A stretch of 64,000 nucleotides of DNA from an uncultured Actinomycetes bacterium (GCA_963819735.1 CAWFXC010000001.1:1865415-1929414); one strand, 5' to 3'; shown: positions 46,583-55,051, numbered from the stretch's first letter. Translations and numbers: made by a program. The notes: generated from the letters alone by a model not told the origin.

Positions 46583-47017
46583 TCAGGCGCCGGAGACGCC
46601 GCGCAAGGTGGGCAGCGGGGCCTGCACCGCGTCCTTCTTCTGCTCGTCCTTCTTCTGCTCGTCCTTCGCCTTGTCCTTCTTCTTCTTGCTCTTGTGTTTC
46701 TTGTTCTTGTGCTTCTTCTTTTTCTTCTCGTGCTTGTCCGCGTCCGCGTCGGCGGGTGAGATCGAGGTGGGCGGTTCGTCGGTGAGTGGGCGCACCGGTT
46801 CGAGCACCACCGGGTTGGGGATCAGGCCGACGAGATGCTGCACGCGTTCCCGCAGATCGCGGATGTCGCCCATGAGCTGATCGAGTTGCTGTTCGAGGTC
46901 TTCGGGTTCGAACAACACGCGGCCGGGCAACTGCGGCTCGTGGCCGGCCGGGGTCAGCGAGTCGAGGACATCTTCCAGGCTCCGGCCGAGCCCGGCTTGT
47001 CGCTCCATGTCGTGCAC
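46583..47017 (-). CDS. Hypothetical protein with an acidic coiled N-terminal half and a Lys-rich tail
   Basis: 144-aa ORF (GTG at 47017; an ATG at 47008 preceded by GAAGG is more likely). The tail reads DKHEKKKKKHKNKKHKSKKKKDKAKDEQKKDEQKKD. No family recognised. Confidence 0.5.
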   Translation of the reverse strand: MHDMERQAGLGRSLEDVLDSLTPAGHEPQLPGRVLFEPEDLEQQLDQLMGDIRDLRERVQHLVGLIPNPVVLEPVRPLTDEPPTSISPADADADKHEKKKKKHKNKKHKSKKKKDKAKDEQKKDEQKKDAVQAPLPTLRGVSGA

Positions 47018-47020
47018 CTT

Positions 47021-47059
47021 CTACTCGTACTGGCTACTCGTACTGGCTACTGGTACCGG
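47021..47059. repeat. 13-bp direct repeats CTACTCGTACTGG x2 plus a degenerate third (CTACTGGTACCGG)
   Basis: Read directly. They lie immediately upstream (in the gene's orientation) of the Lys-rich protein gene. Confidence 0.85.
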
Positions 47060-47271
47060 CGACGGCGCGTGGGGGCGGGGTGCCTCGTGATGATTTTCTG
47101 GTATCTCCCGGCGGGTGATCTCCGAAACACCGCGCTCGAGTGGGTGTTCCGAGCGCGCCTCTCCGAGAGTAGGCGCGTGCTCACCCTTTGGGCGCGGATC
47201 TCGCGCCGAAAGTAGCGACGCCGTCACGGCCCGACGGCAGAACCGCCGCGCGGTCTCGGTGCGGGTCTCGG

Positions 47272-47646
47272 TCAGGGTGAGGTGTCGCGGAGCGCCTCTT
47301 TCCAACTCCGGAAGCGTCGGTACACGACGCCGTCGGGTCCCGTCCCCTCACCGTCCCCCGAGGGGACGAGGGTGTAGGTGAACCGGGCGCCGAGGTCGTC
47401 GGCCGCCAACGCCATGTAGCGCGCGTTGCCGCGCGTCGCCGGTCCGGCACGCCACAGCAGCCACGGCCCGATCCGGCGCTTGTAGGCCACGAGGTCGTGT
47501 CCGATGTCGGCGCCGAGCGCCACGAGCTCCGGAGGGGCCTCCACCCACGCGGTCGCCGGGATCGTGCGGTCGCGCTGCGGCGTGTCGGGGAGATCCTTGG
47601 TGTGGACGGGCGTCTCGTCGACCGGTCGGTCCTCGGCGGTGGCCAT
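47272..47646 (-). CDS. Hypothetical protein
   Basis: 124-aa ORF with an ATG start and coding-like codon bias. No motif recognised. Confidence 0.4.
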   Translation of the reverse strand: MATAEDRPVDETPVHTKDLPDTPQRDRTIPATAWVEAPPELVALGADIGHDLVAYKRRIGPWLLWRAGPATRGNARYMALAADDLGARFTYTLVPSGDGEGTGPDGVVYRRFRSWKEALRDTSP

Positions 47647-47730
47647 GTCGGCATCATGGCACCCACGTCGTCGCGTCCGGCCGCAGGGAGGGTCGCAGGG
47701 AGGGCCGAAGGAAGAGGGGAGCGTGCGCGG

Positions 47731-47739
47731 TGCTACACT
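47731..47739 (+). promoter_or_regulatory. Possible extended -10 promoter (TG-C-TACACT) for the helicase gene
   Basis: TGCTACACT read directly. It would give a 5' UTR of about 170 nt with lower GC and several stems. Confidence 0.3.
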
Positions 47740-47919
47740 GTTGTGATTCCGCTCGCGTTGCGTATGTCGCGCGCGTGGATTTTCGCAACGGGTACACGCA
47801 CTCTCTCGCAGTTCCGGTTCATCGGATCCGCGTCTCGGGGTTCGTCGCCCCTCGTGAGACCGATTCGATCAATCAAAGCGCCGCCATCTCGCGCGGCCGG
47901 AACCCGGAGTTTTTTCACC

Positions 47920-49428
47920 ATGGTCACCAATAGCTTTGCCGACCTCGGCGTCCCCGCCGACGTCGTCGGCACCTTGAAGGCGCGCGGCATCGCGTCCGCC
48001 TTCCCCATCCAGGAGATGACGTTGCCCGACGGTCTGGCTGGGCGCGACCTCTGCGGCCGCGCTCCCACCGGTTCGGGCAAGACCCTCGCCTTCGGCATCC
48101 CGCTGGCGGTCCGGGTCGAGAAGGCTCGTCCCCGCCGTCCCCGCGGGCTCGTGCTCGTGCCCACCCGGGAGCTGGCGGCCCAGGTCTCCGGCGAGCTCGA
48201 GTGGCTCGGCCGCTCGCGCAAGCTGCGGGTCGCCGCGGTCTACGGCGGCGCCGGATTCGGCCTGCAACTCAAGCAGCTGCGCCGCGGCGTCGATGTGCTC
48301 GTCGCCTGTCCCGGCCGCCTCACCGACCTCATCGAGCGCGGCGAGGTCGACCTCGACGAGGTCCAGGTCGTCGTCGTCGACGAAGCCGACCGCATGGCCG
48401 ACATGGGGTTCCTCCCCGCAGTGCGGTTCCTGCTCGACCGCACCCCCGAGTCGCGCCAGACGTTGCTGTTCTCGGCCACCCTCGACGGTGCCGTCGACGC
48501 GCTCGTGCGTCGTTACCAGCGCGATCCCGCCCGCTTCATGCTCCCCGAAGAGGATCAGACCGCGGCTACCCACGTCTTCTGGAAAGCGGAGCGCGACGAG
48601 CGCGTGCAGCTCACCGCCGACGTCGTGAAGCTGGCCGGCCCGACGATCGTGTTCTGCCGGACGAAGCACGGCGCCGACCAGGTCGCGAAGCGGCTCGAGC
48701 AGCGCGGCGTCCGCAGCACCGCGATCCACGGCAACCGCTCCCAGGGTCAGCGTGAACGCGCGCTCGCCGGCTTCGCCGACGGCAAGTTCCAGGCACTCGT
48801 CGCCACCGATGTCGCCGCGCGCGGCATCCACGTGGATTCCGTCGCGTGTGTCGTGCACTTCGACCCGCCGGCCGACTTCAAGGACTACACCCACCGTTCG
48901 GGCCGCACGGCGCGCGCCGGTGCCGCCGGTACCGTCGTGTCGCTGGTGAGCCGGGAGCAGACCCGCGAGGTGTCCCGCTTCCAGCGTTCACTGGGCCTCC
49001 GCGGGGGCGTCGTGACGGCCGACCGTGACGCGCTGGCGTCGCTCACTCCCGAAGCCGTACGCGTGCGCGCCGAGGACCAGGCCGCCGACCGCACGACCGC
49101 CGACCGGCCCGCCCGCGGCGTGCGGAGCGAGCGCGCCGAGCACGCCGAGCCGGGCACGCTGCCGAGCGGCACCATCAAGTGGTTCGACGCCCGGAAGGGG
49201 TTCGGCTTCATCGAGCGCCAGGACGGCGACGACGTGTTCGTCCACTTCTCGGCCATCGAGGGCAGCGGCTACAAGCGCCTCGAAGAGGGCCAGCTCGTCG
49301 AGTTCGAGGTCGGTCCGGGTCGCAAGGGCGCGCCCGAAGGGCGGGTGCTCGTGTCCTCGATACGAACGGCGTCAGCGGCCCGAAGTGCGCCTCGATCGGG
49401 TTCGCCCACGACGCGTACGTCGGCGTGA
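47920..49428 (+). CDS. DEAD-box RNA helicase fused to a C-terminal cold-shock domain
   Basis: ATG at 47920. Has the Q-motif FPIQ, Walker [20 protein letters not shown] and [10 protein letters not shown]. After a linker, 49168..~49350 encodes [48 protein letters not shown], a CspA-like domain with RNP1 and RNP2. The last ~25 codons run antisense into an IS630 remnant. Confidence 0.85.
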   Translation: MVTNSFADLGVPADVVGTLKARGIASAFPIQEMTLPDGLAGRDLCGRAPTGSGKTLAFGIPLAVRVEKARPRRPRGLVLVPTRELAAQVSGELEWLGRSRKLRVAAVYGGAGFGLQLKQLRRGVDVLVACPGRLTDLIERGEVDLDEVQVVVVDEADRMADMGFLPAVRFLLDRTPESRQTLLFSATLDGAVDALVRRYQRDPARFMLPEEDQTAATHVFWKAERDERVQLTADVVKLAGPTIVFCRTKHGADQVAKRLEQRGVRSTAIHGNRSQGQRERALAGFADGKFQALVATDVAARGIHVDSVACVVHFDPPADFKDYTHRSGRTARAGAAGTVVSLVSREQTREVSRFQRSLGLRGGVVTADRDALASLTPEAVRVRAEDQAADRTTADRPARGVRSERAEHAEPGTLPSGTIKWFDARKGFGFIERQDGDDVFVHFSAIEGSGYKRLEEGQLVEFEVGPGRKGAPEGRVLVSSIRTASAARSAPRSGSPTTRTSA

Positions 49429-50304
49429 ACACGAGCTCGACGTGATGTTCCTCGCACCAGTCGCGCACGTCCCGGTTCTTGTGATGGTTGAGGTTGTCCA
49501 GGATGACGTGGATCGGTTCGCCGTCATCGACATGCGCGCGGATCGCTTGCATCGCCCGCAACGTTGCCGCTGATCCCTTGCACGGTTCGATCGTGCCGTG
49601 GCTGACAAGTCACCGACGAACACCACGCGAAGAAGGCCGTGATCCGTGCGGCTTGTGATAGTTCGCCCGCAACCGTTCGGGCTTACCGAGCGGCGCCCAC
49701 CCCGACCCCCCGACCGGTTTGATCGTGAGCGGCCCGAACTCGTCGAACGCGAACGTCCGGTCCCGGGCATGTTCCAAGAGCCACTCGATGCGCGTGAGCT
49801 TCTCTTCCTTCAACGGATCGGGTGATTCCTTCCAGGTCTTGGTCCGCTGGAACGTGATCCCCTCAGCGATCAAGATCTGTCGGAGCCGTTCGCGGCTCAC
49901 CGGAATCTTGGCGCCCTTCTTCGTCGCGAGATACTCGACGAGTTTGCGGACCGACCAGTGCGTGAACGGCTGACCCACGTCGACGGGCGAGCCTTGGCCG
50001 TCGAGACGATCAACGCCCGGTCACTCGTCGTGATTTGGCGGGGCCGGCCACCCGCCCACTGAGGGTCCAACGATCGCATCCCCAGATCGTTGAACCGATG
50101 AATCATCTCCCGAACCCGATCCGGTGACGTCTGCACCAACCGGGCGATCGTCGCCACATCGTTTCCGCCGACCGACGCGAGCACCACCATCGCGCGGCGC
50201 CACTTCACAATCGACCGATCCGACTTCCCACCACGCCGGACAATCTGCTGGAGCTGGCGGCCTTCCTCATCACTCACACGTCGCACACGCACACGTTCAG
50301 CCAT
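49355..50304 (-). pseudogene. IS630-family transposase remnant (at least 2 frameshifts, 3'-truncated)
   Basis: Three consecutive minus-strand ORF pieces in different frames: 49897..50355 (HTH, MAERVRVRRVSDEEGRQLQQI), 49610..49978 (GQPFTHWSVRKLVEYL, DEFGPLTIKP) and 49208..49561 ([41 protein letters not shown], the DDE region). About 40-50 C-terminal residues and the terminal IR are missing. Confidence 0.7.
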
Positions 50305-50377
50305 CCGCCAAGTCTGCGCGACCTCACCCACGAAGTGGTGGACGCGACCCACCAACCACCGTGGTCAGAGCACTAGC

Positions 50378-51397
50378 TGTAGTTCCCATGGACGTTGGTC
50401 AGTCCGCTTGGAGGCGGCTGGCGGGTGTCTTGTGTCCGAGGGCGCCGTGTGGTCGTTGGTGGTTGTAGTAGTCGATCCATGCGGGGAGTGCACGCGTGCG
50501 GTGGGTTGAATTCCGGTAGGTCGCGGCGTAGGCCCACTCGCGCAGCATGGTCTGGATGAATCGCTCGGCTTTGCCGTTGGTGCGGGGCCGGTAGGGGCGG
50601 GTGCGGAGATGCTCGATCTGATGCGACTGACACCAGGCGGCCCACACGCCTGACCGGTAGGGCGAGCCGTTGTCGGAGAGCACTTGACGGACGGTGACAC
50701 CGCGTGCGGCGAACCAAGCGACGGCCCGTTCGAAAAACGCGATGGTGGTCACCGCGCGTTCATCGGGAAGCACTTCGACGTACGCGAGGCGGGTCGCGTC
50801 GTCGATACACACATGGACGGCTTCCCACCCGGCGTTGTAGCTGCGACGTCCGGGTCCTCGGCCTCGAACGCGGTGTCCCGGACGACGGAACCGGCCGAGT
50901 TTCTTGACATCGACGTGCACCAGGTCGCCGGCATGGCGACGGCAATACCGGTTCGGTGGTTCGAGCGGGCCCAGTTTCCACAACCGGTTCAACCCGAGAC
51001 GCTTCAACACCGCACACACCGTCGATGTCGGCAGCTCGAGCGTCGCCGCGATCTTCGTGCTCGTGTAACGCAACCGACGGAGCCGTTCGATTTCTGCCTC
51101 GACCGACGCCGGTGTACGCGTCGGACACGACTTCGGTGCCGAAGACCGATCCGTCATCGGTTCACCCGCCGCGTGACGAGCCAACCATCGATACACCGTC
51201 CGTTGCGAACAACCAGCAGCCTCCGCTGCCTCCTCGACCGTCCACCCCTCATCACGGACACGAACCGACAACAAGGTCCGCTGGAACGGGGTCAGCTTGG
51301 CGTTACCGTGCAACAGCATCGGGCTCCTTGAGGTGAGAGTGGGTCGCACCCTCAAGTCTCAAGGAGCCCGTACTGACGAACGTGGATGGGAACTACA
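50378..51397 (-). mobile_element. IS481-family insertion sequence, apparently intact (1020 bp)
   Basis: Terminal inverted repeats TGTAGTTCCCATGGACGTTGGTCAGT (left) and TGTAGTTCCCATCCACGTTCGTCAGT (right, reverse complement) match 23 of 26. The flanks ACTAGC (50372-50377) and GCTAGC (51398-51403) fit an NCTAGN target duplication. A 12-bp perfect stem (51321-51332 with 51358-51369) covers the transposase RBS. Confidence 0.85.
50399..51319 (-). CDS. IS481-family transposase (DDE integrase core)
   Basis: Start MLLHGNAKLTPFQR. Has an HTH (GCSQRTVYRWL), an rve core (HVDVKKL, SDNGSPYRS, RTRPYRPRTNGKAERF) and the C-terminal YNHQRPHGALG. Confidence 0.9.
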   Translation of the reverse strand: MLLHGNAKLTPFQRTLLSVRVRDEGWTVEEAAEAAGCSQRTVYRWLARHAAGEPMTDRSSAPKSCPTRTPASVEAEIERLRRLRYTSTKIAATLELPTSTVCAVLKRLGLNRLWKLGPLEPPNRYCRRHAGDLVHVDVKKLGRFRRPGHRVRGRGPGRRSYNAGWEAVHVCIDDATRLAYVEVLPDERAVTTIAFFERAVAWFAARGVTVRQVLSDNGSPYRSGVWAAWCQSHQIEHLRTRPYRPRTNGKAERFIQTMLREWAYAATYRNSTHRTRALPAWIDYYNHQRPHGALGHKTPASRLQAD

Positions 51398-51510
51398 GCT
51401 AGCGCTCGTCACCGAGCTCCCGCCGATCTCCCGGCCGCGTCGCGACGGCGCCGGCTCCCGCCCGTCACCGCACTGCGGCGGGCCGCGGGCCGCCGATACG
51501 CTCCTCGACC

Positions 51511-51705
51511 ATGCGGCGGCTCCGGATCGTCCTCATCCTCCGGGGTCTGCTCGCGCTCTTCTTCCTGGTGCTCGGGGTTGTCCTGCTCGCCCAGGGTCGC
51601 GGCGTGCCCGGCGTGTTCGCGATCGTGGTGGCGATCACCAACGCCGCGCTGATCGCGGCGCTCGTCCGCCGGCAACTCCGCATCGAACGGGGCCCGGGAG
51701 CCTGA
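51511..51705 (+). CDS. Small two-TM membrane protein (hypothetical)
   Basis: 64 aa: MRRLRIVLILRGLLALFFLVLGVVLLAQGRGVPGVFAIVVAITNAALIAALVRRQL. Its stop lies 2 nt before the RDD gene start. Confidence 0.35.
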   Translation: MRRLRIVLILRGLLALFFLVLGVVLLAQGRGVPGVFAIVVAITNAALIAALVRRQLRIERGPGA

Positions 51706-51707
51706 AG

Positions 51708-52292
51708 GTGGCGAGGCCGCCGGTGGTCGACGGCGTCGATCCCACTCGGGTCGTCACCCGGCGGGCGGCCGCGTTCTTCGTCGACGCCCTGCTGATCGCG
51801 CTCATCCCGTTGGTGACGGTCGTCGTCGTGGGCAACGTGCGCGTCCGACGCGGCGACTGCCCCAGCCCGCTGCCGAACGGGCGGGAGTGCTTCCACCTCC
51901 GCGAGAACGCGTTCGTGGTCGACAGCCACGTGTTCATCTGGTTCTTCCTGCTCCTCGTCGTGCTCTACCTCATCACGTTCGTGCTGGTACAGGGCCTCAC
52001 CGGTGCGTCACCGGGGAAGGCCCTTCTCCGCATCCGCGTGATCGATGACGCCGGCGGCCACCCCGGCTTCGTCCGGTCGGCGATCCGGGCATTCGCGTGG
52101 TTCGTCGACGGGCTCACGTTGCTCCTCCCGGTGGCGCTCTGGCTGGCCTGGTTCACGCCGGGGCACCGCCGGGTCGGCGACTTCGCCGCGCGCACCTACG
52201 TCGTGCGGTGGCCCGGCGCGGTGGCGCCGCGTGCCGGGAGCCCGCCCGTCCCCCCACGAACTCGCGCCACCGCTCCTGAATCGGCGCCCTGA
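51708..52292 (+). CDS. RDD-family membrane protein
   Basis: GTG start preceded by GGGAG. Has RRAAAFFVDALLIAL, GASPGKALLRIRV and GHRRVGDFAARTYVV (the R-D-D pattern). Confidence 0.7.
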   Translation: MARPPVVDGVDPTRVVTRRAAAFFVDALLIALIPLVTVVVVGNVRVRRGDCPSPLPNGRECFHLRENAFVVDSHVFIWFFLLLVVLYLITFVLVQGLTGASPGKALLRIRVIDDAGGHPGFVRSAIRAFAWFVDGLTLLLPVALWLAWFTPGHRRVGDFAARTYVVRWPGAVAPRAGSPPVPPRTRATAPESAP

Positions 52293-52363
52293 GCCGGCGC
52301 CCTGAGTCTCCCGCCCACCGGCTTGCTGAACGAATTGGGTCGCGCGCATGTGAATCGTGGTTC

Positions 52364-53251
52364 ATGCCGGGCCCGATGAGGGCGATAACGATGAACGTGG
52401 GAGCTGCTGCCTTCGCCCGATCGGTGGATCGGCCCGCGCCCTTGCGGCCCGCTGCCGAGGCGACGGCGACCGAGTGGCGCTGGCGCGGGTGGACGCACTG
52501 GCCGCTGACGCCCGCCGTCGTCCTGGTGGCCGGGTTCGCGGTCGCCGCCGACTTCGTCGTCTCGTGGTTCGGGATCGTGCTCGGGCACCTGGGACGCGTC
52601 CCCGTCGCCGTCATCCTGCCCGTCGGGATCGTGCTCGCATGCATGGTCGGGCTGCGCCACCTCGGGCTCGATCGGGCGAATCTGCTCGCTTGGCGCGAGT
52701 TCCTCGTTGTCGCCTCGGCCGCCCTGCTCTTCGGGTTGTGGCAGTACTCCACCCGGATCGGCGGGTTCCCCGAGGCGATGGGCCTGGTGATCGCCGCGCT
52801 CAACGAGGAGCTGATCTACCGGCTGGCCGTCCTGATCGTCGTCGGCGCGGTGGCCGCGAAGGTCGCGGGGCGGAACTGGCGCGACTCGGCCGATTGGGGC
52901 GTCGGCCCCGGCGTGGCCGCGATCGCGGCGTCGGGTGTGGTGTTCATGCTGTTGCCCGGGCACCTGGCCCAGGTGAGTGATTCGCTGCACGCGCTGCCGT
53001 TCGTCGCCCTCGGCGCGGTGCTGGGATACGTCGTGATGCGCACCGGCGCGCTGCTTCCCGCCGCCATTGCGCACGCGGTGCTCAATCTTGCCACGCTTGC
53101 CGCGCTGAGCGACGAGATCTCGCACGGGCTGCGGATGTCGCTCGCCGCCGCCGCGCTCGTGGCATTGGTCGTCGGCACGCACGTGGCCGGGCGGCGGTTG
53201 GGCCGCTTCGGCCCCGAGCGGGTCGCGGCGAGCAGGGCAAGTGACGCGTAG
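52364..53251 (+). CDS. CPBP-family intramembrane glutamic endopeptidase (CAAX protease / Abi-like)
   Basis: Multi-TM protein with motif 1 (NEELIYR, the EExxxR pattern) and motif 3 (AIAHAVLN, the HxxxN pattern). The start is uncertain. Confidence 0.7.
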   Translation: MPGPMRAITMNVGAAAFARSVDRPAPLRPAAEATATEWRWRGWTHWPLTPAVVLVAGFAVAADFVVSWFGIVLGHLGRVPVAVILPVGIVLACMVGLRHLGLDRANLLAWREFLVVASAALLFGLWQYSTRIGGFPEAMGLVIAALNEELIYRLAVLIVVGAVAAKVAGRNWRDSADWGVGPGVAAIAASGVVFMLLPGHLAQVSDSLHALPFVALGAVLGYVVMRTGALLPAAIAHAVLNLATLAALSDEISHGLRMSLAAAALVALVVGTHVAGRRLGRFGPERVAASRASDA

Positions 53252-53293
53252 CGTGCGGGCAGGTTGTGCAGCCACACGCGCGAGGATGAGCAC

Positions 53294-53680
53294 ATGACCG
53301 ATCGGCTACGGATAACCGAGTTCGATCACGTCGTGCTCAACGTCACCGACGTCGAGCGTGCCCTCGCCTTCTATTGCGGCGAGCTCGGTCTCGCGCCGGT
53401 TCGGGTCGAGGAGTGGCGGCGGGGCGAGGTTCCGTTCCCGTCGGCACGCGTCACCGGCCACACCCTCATCGATCTGCTCGAGCGGTCCCGCACAGGTGAG
53501 AACGCCGACCACATCTGCCTGGTCGTCGAACCGATCGATCTCGACGCGCTGAAAGCGAGTGGACGGTTCGACGTGCTCGAAGGTCCGGCGGTGCGCTTCG
53601 GCGCCCAGGGCAACGGCACCTCGCTCTACGTGCGCGATCCCGACGGGAACACGGTCGAACTGCGGTACTACGACGCGTAG
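53294..53680 (+). CDS. VOC/glyoxalase family protein
   Basis: ATG preceded by GAGGATGAG. Has FDHVVLNVTDVERALAFYCGELGL and LYVRDPDGNTVEL. Confidence 0.75.
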   Translation: MTDRLRITEFDHVVLNVTDVERALAFYCGELGLAPVRVEEWRRGEVPFPSARVTGHTLIDLLERSRTGENADHICLVVEPIDLDALKASGRFDVLEGPAVRFGAQGNGTSLYVRDPDGNTVELRYYDA

Positions 53681-53717
53681 GGCGCAGCTGTCCGCCCGAG
53701 ACGGTACGGTCTCGGTC

Positions 53718-54167
53718 ATGGACATCGGTGACAAGGTCGACGACTTCGTACTGCCCGACGAAACCGGGACCCCGCGCAAGCTCAGCGAGCTGCTCGCCAA
53801 CGGGCCGGTCGTGCTGTTCTTCTACCCGGCGGCGATGACAACGGGGTGCACGAAGGAGAGCTGCCACTTCCGCGATCTCGCCTCCGAGTTCGCCGCGGTG
53901 GGCGCGCAGCGGGTCGGCATCAGCCGCGACTCGGTCGACAAGCAGCACCAATTCTCCGAGAAGCACAGCTTCGACTACCCGCTGCTCTCCGACTCCGAGG
54001 GCGTGGTGGCCGCGCAGTTCGGCGTCGCCCGCAAGCACGGCCCGCCCAAGCGGGTCACGTTCGTGATCGATCGCGACAGCCGGGTCGTCGAGGTGGTCAA
54101 GAGCGAGATCCGGATGGGTGTGCACGCCGATCGCGCGCTCGACGCGCTGAAGAAGCTGCCCCACTGA
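53718..54167 (+). CDS. bcp: Thiol peroxidase, Bcp-type peroxiredoxin
   Basis: 149 aa. Has VVLFFYPAAMTTGCTKESCHFRD (the Cp/Cr CxxxxC pattern) and FSEKHSFDYPLLSD. Confidence 0.85.
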   Translation: MDIGDKVDDFVLPDETGTPRKLSELLANGPVVLFFYPAAMTTGCTKESCHFRDLASEFAAVGAQRVGISRDSVDKQHQFSEKHSFDYPLLSDSEGVVAAQFGVARKHGPPKRVTFVIDRDSRVVEVVKSEIRMGVHADRALDALKKLPH

Positions 54168-54191
54168 CACGCGAGTGCGGGCGGCGTCGGC

Positions 54192-54731
54192 TCAGGCCGG
54201 CGCGCCGCCCGGCAGTGCCGCAAGCAATTCGGCGACCGGCGCGTGGTCCGACGAATCACTCGCGTAGCTCTCGTAAGGCACGACCGGTCCGGGGCCGATC
54301 ACGAACGTGGCGCCGAGTTGGGTGACGCGCTTCCCCGACTTGTGGATGCGGTACCCCTCTTTCCACACGCGGCGGGTACCCGCCCATGACGACGGGCCCG
54401 CGACGGTCAACCAGTTCGCCTTGCGGACGGCAGCCGCGTTCGCGGCCTCGGCATCGTCGTCGACGAGCACCAGGAACGGGATGTCCTCGTCGGCCACGAA
54501 CGCCGATGCGTAGCGGGCGTCACCGGTGCCGATGGCGATCACGTCGGCACCCAGTGCGGTGATCTCGGGATACGAGCGGCGCAACTGCGCCGCGTGCGCT
54601 CGGCAGTGCAGTCAACCGAAATGGCGGAGGAAGACAACGATCACGGGGCGCTCCGCCCAGATGTCGCCGAGCCGATGCGTTCGCTCGTCGGTGCCGGTGA
54701 GCTCGACCGCTTCCAACGCTTCGATGTCCAT
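54192..54731 (-). CDS. Peroxiredoxin-like (AhpC/TSA, Prx_like2-type) protein with an in-frame TGA at the first redox-motif position: candidate selenoprotein (U-x-x-C), or alternatively a nonsense pseudogene
   Basis: ATG at 54731, then 39 sense codons (MDIEALEAVELTGTDERTHRLGDIWAERPVIVVFLRHFG). TGA lies at 54612-54614, and the same frame continues LHCRAHAAQLRRSYPEITALGADVIAIG... for 139 more codons. The family normally has FG-C-x-x-C-R here. A hairpin lies 18 nt downstream. Confidence 0.6.
54576..54593 (-). promoter_or_regulatory. Candidate bacterial SECIS hairpin (GCGGCGC-AGUU-GCGCCGC)
   Basis: 7-bp perfect GC stem with the apical loop AGUU (G at loop position 2, then U). The stem starts 18 nt after the UGA, and the loop lies about 25 nt from the UGA. 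An outer CGAGCG/CGCUCG pairing is also possible. Confidence 0.45.
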
Positions 54732-54781
54732 GGAGAGCAGGCTAGGCCCCGTTTCGGCGCGCGTCGGTTAGCCTCCGATCA

Positions 54782-55051
54782 ATGGGAGACTTGTACGCGG
54801 GCCGTATCTCGTTCGACAGCTCGGACGAAACCGTCTACATGCAGATCTCGATCGACGATCTCGATTCGGCCGCCTGGATCGGAGTCGAACCCAGCGGCCA
54901 CACCGTCCCCGGGATCACCGAGAAGGGCAACTACGTCGTGAAGTTGCTCGAGGACGCCCATCCGCGACGCGGGCAGACGGCCCGGGCCGAGATCCAGAAC
55001 GAGGTCGAGGACGGCGTGTTGCGCCTCGTCGGCCAGACCGCCTTCAGCTGA
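54782..55051 (+). CDS. Hypothetical small protein
   Basis: 89-aa ORF with an ATG start, no clear RBS and no motif. Confidence 0.3.
   Translation: MGDLYAGRISFDSSDETVYMQISIDDLDSAAWIGVEPSGHTVPGITEKGNYVVKLLEDAHPRRGQTARAEIQNEVEDGVLRLVGQTAFS

Noticed and set aside
49353-49428. The helicase ORF tail as a genuine conserved C-terminal extension.
   Set aside because: This stretch is the antisense of the IS630 transposase DDE region ([14 protein letters not shown]). It is therefore most likely junction-derived read-through rather than native sequence.
54192-54584. The track ORF as a stand-alone 130-aa protein starting at 54584.
   Set aside because: The start is a TTG inside a conserved helix (AAQ-L-RRSYPE). 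The 39 upstream in-frame codons supply the missing N-terminal beta-strand and the FG-x-x-x-C motif. The gene is better explained as 180 codons with an internal TGA.
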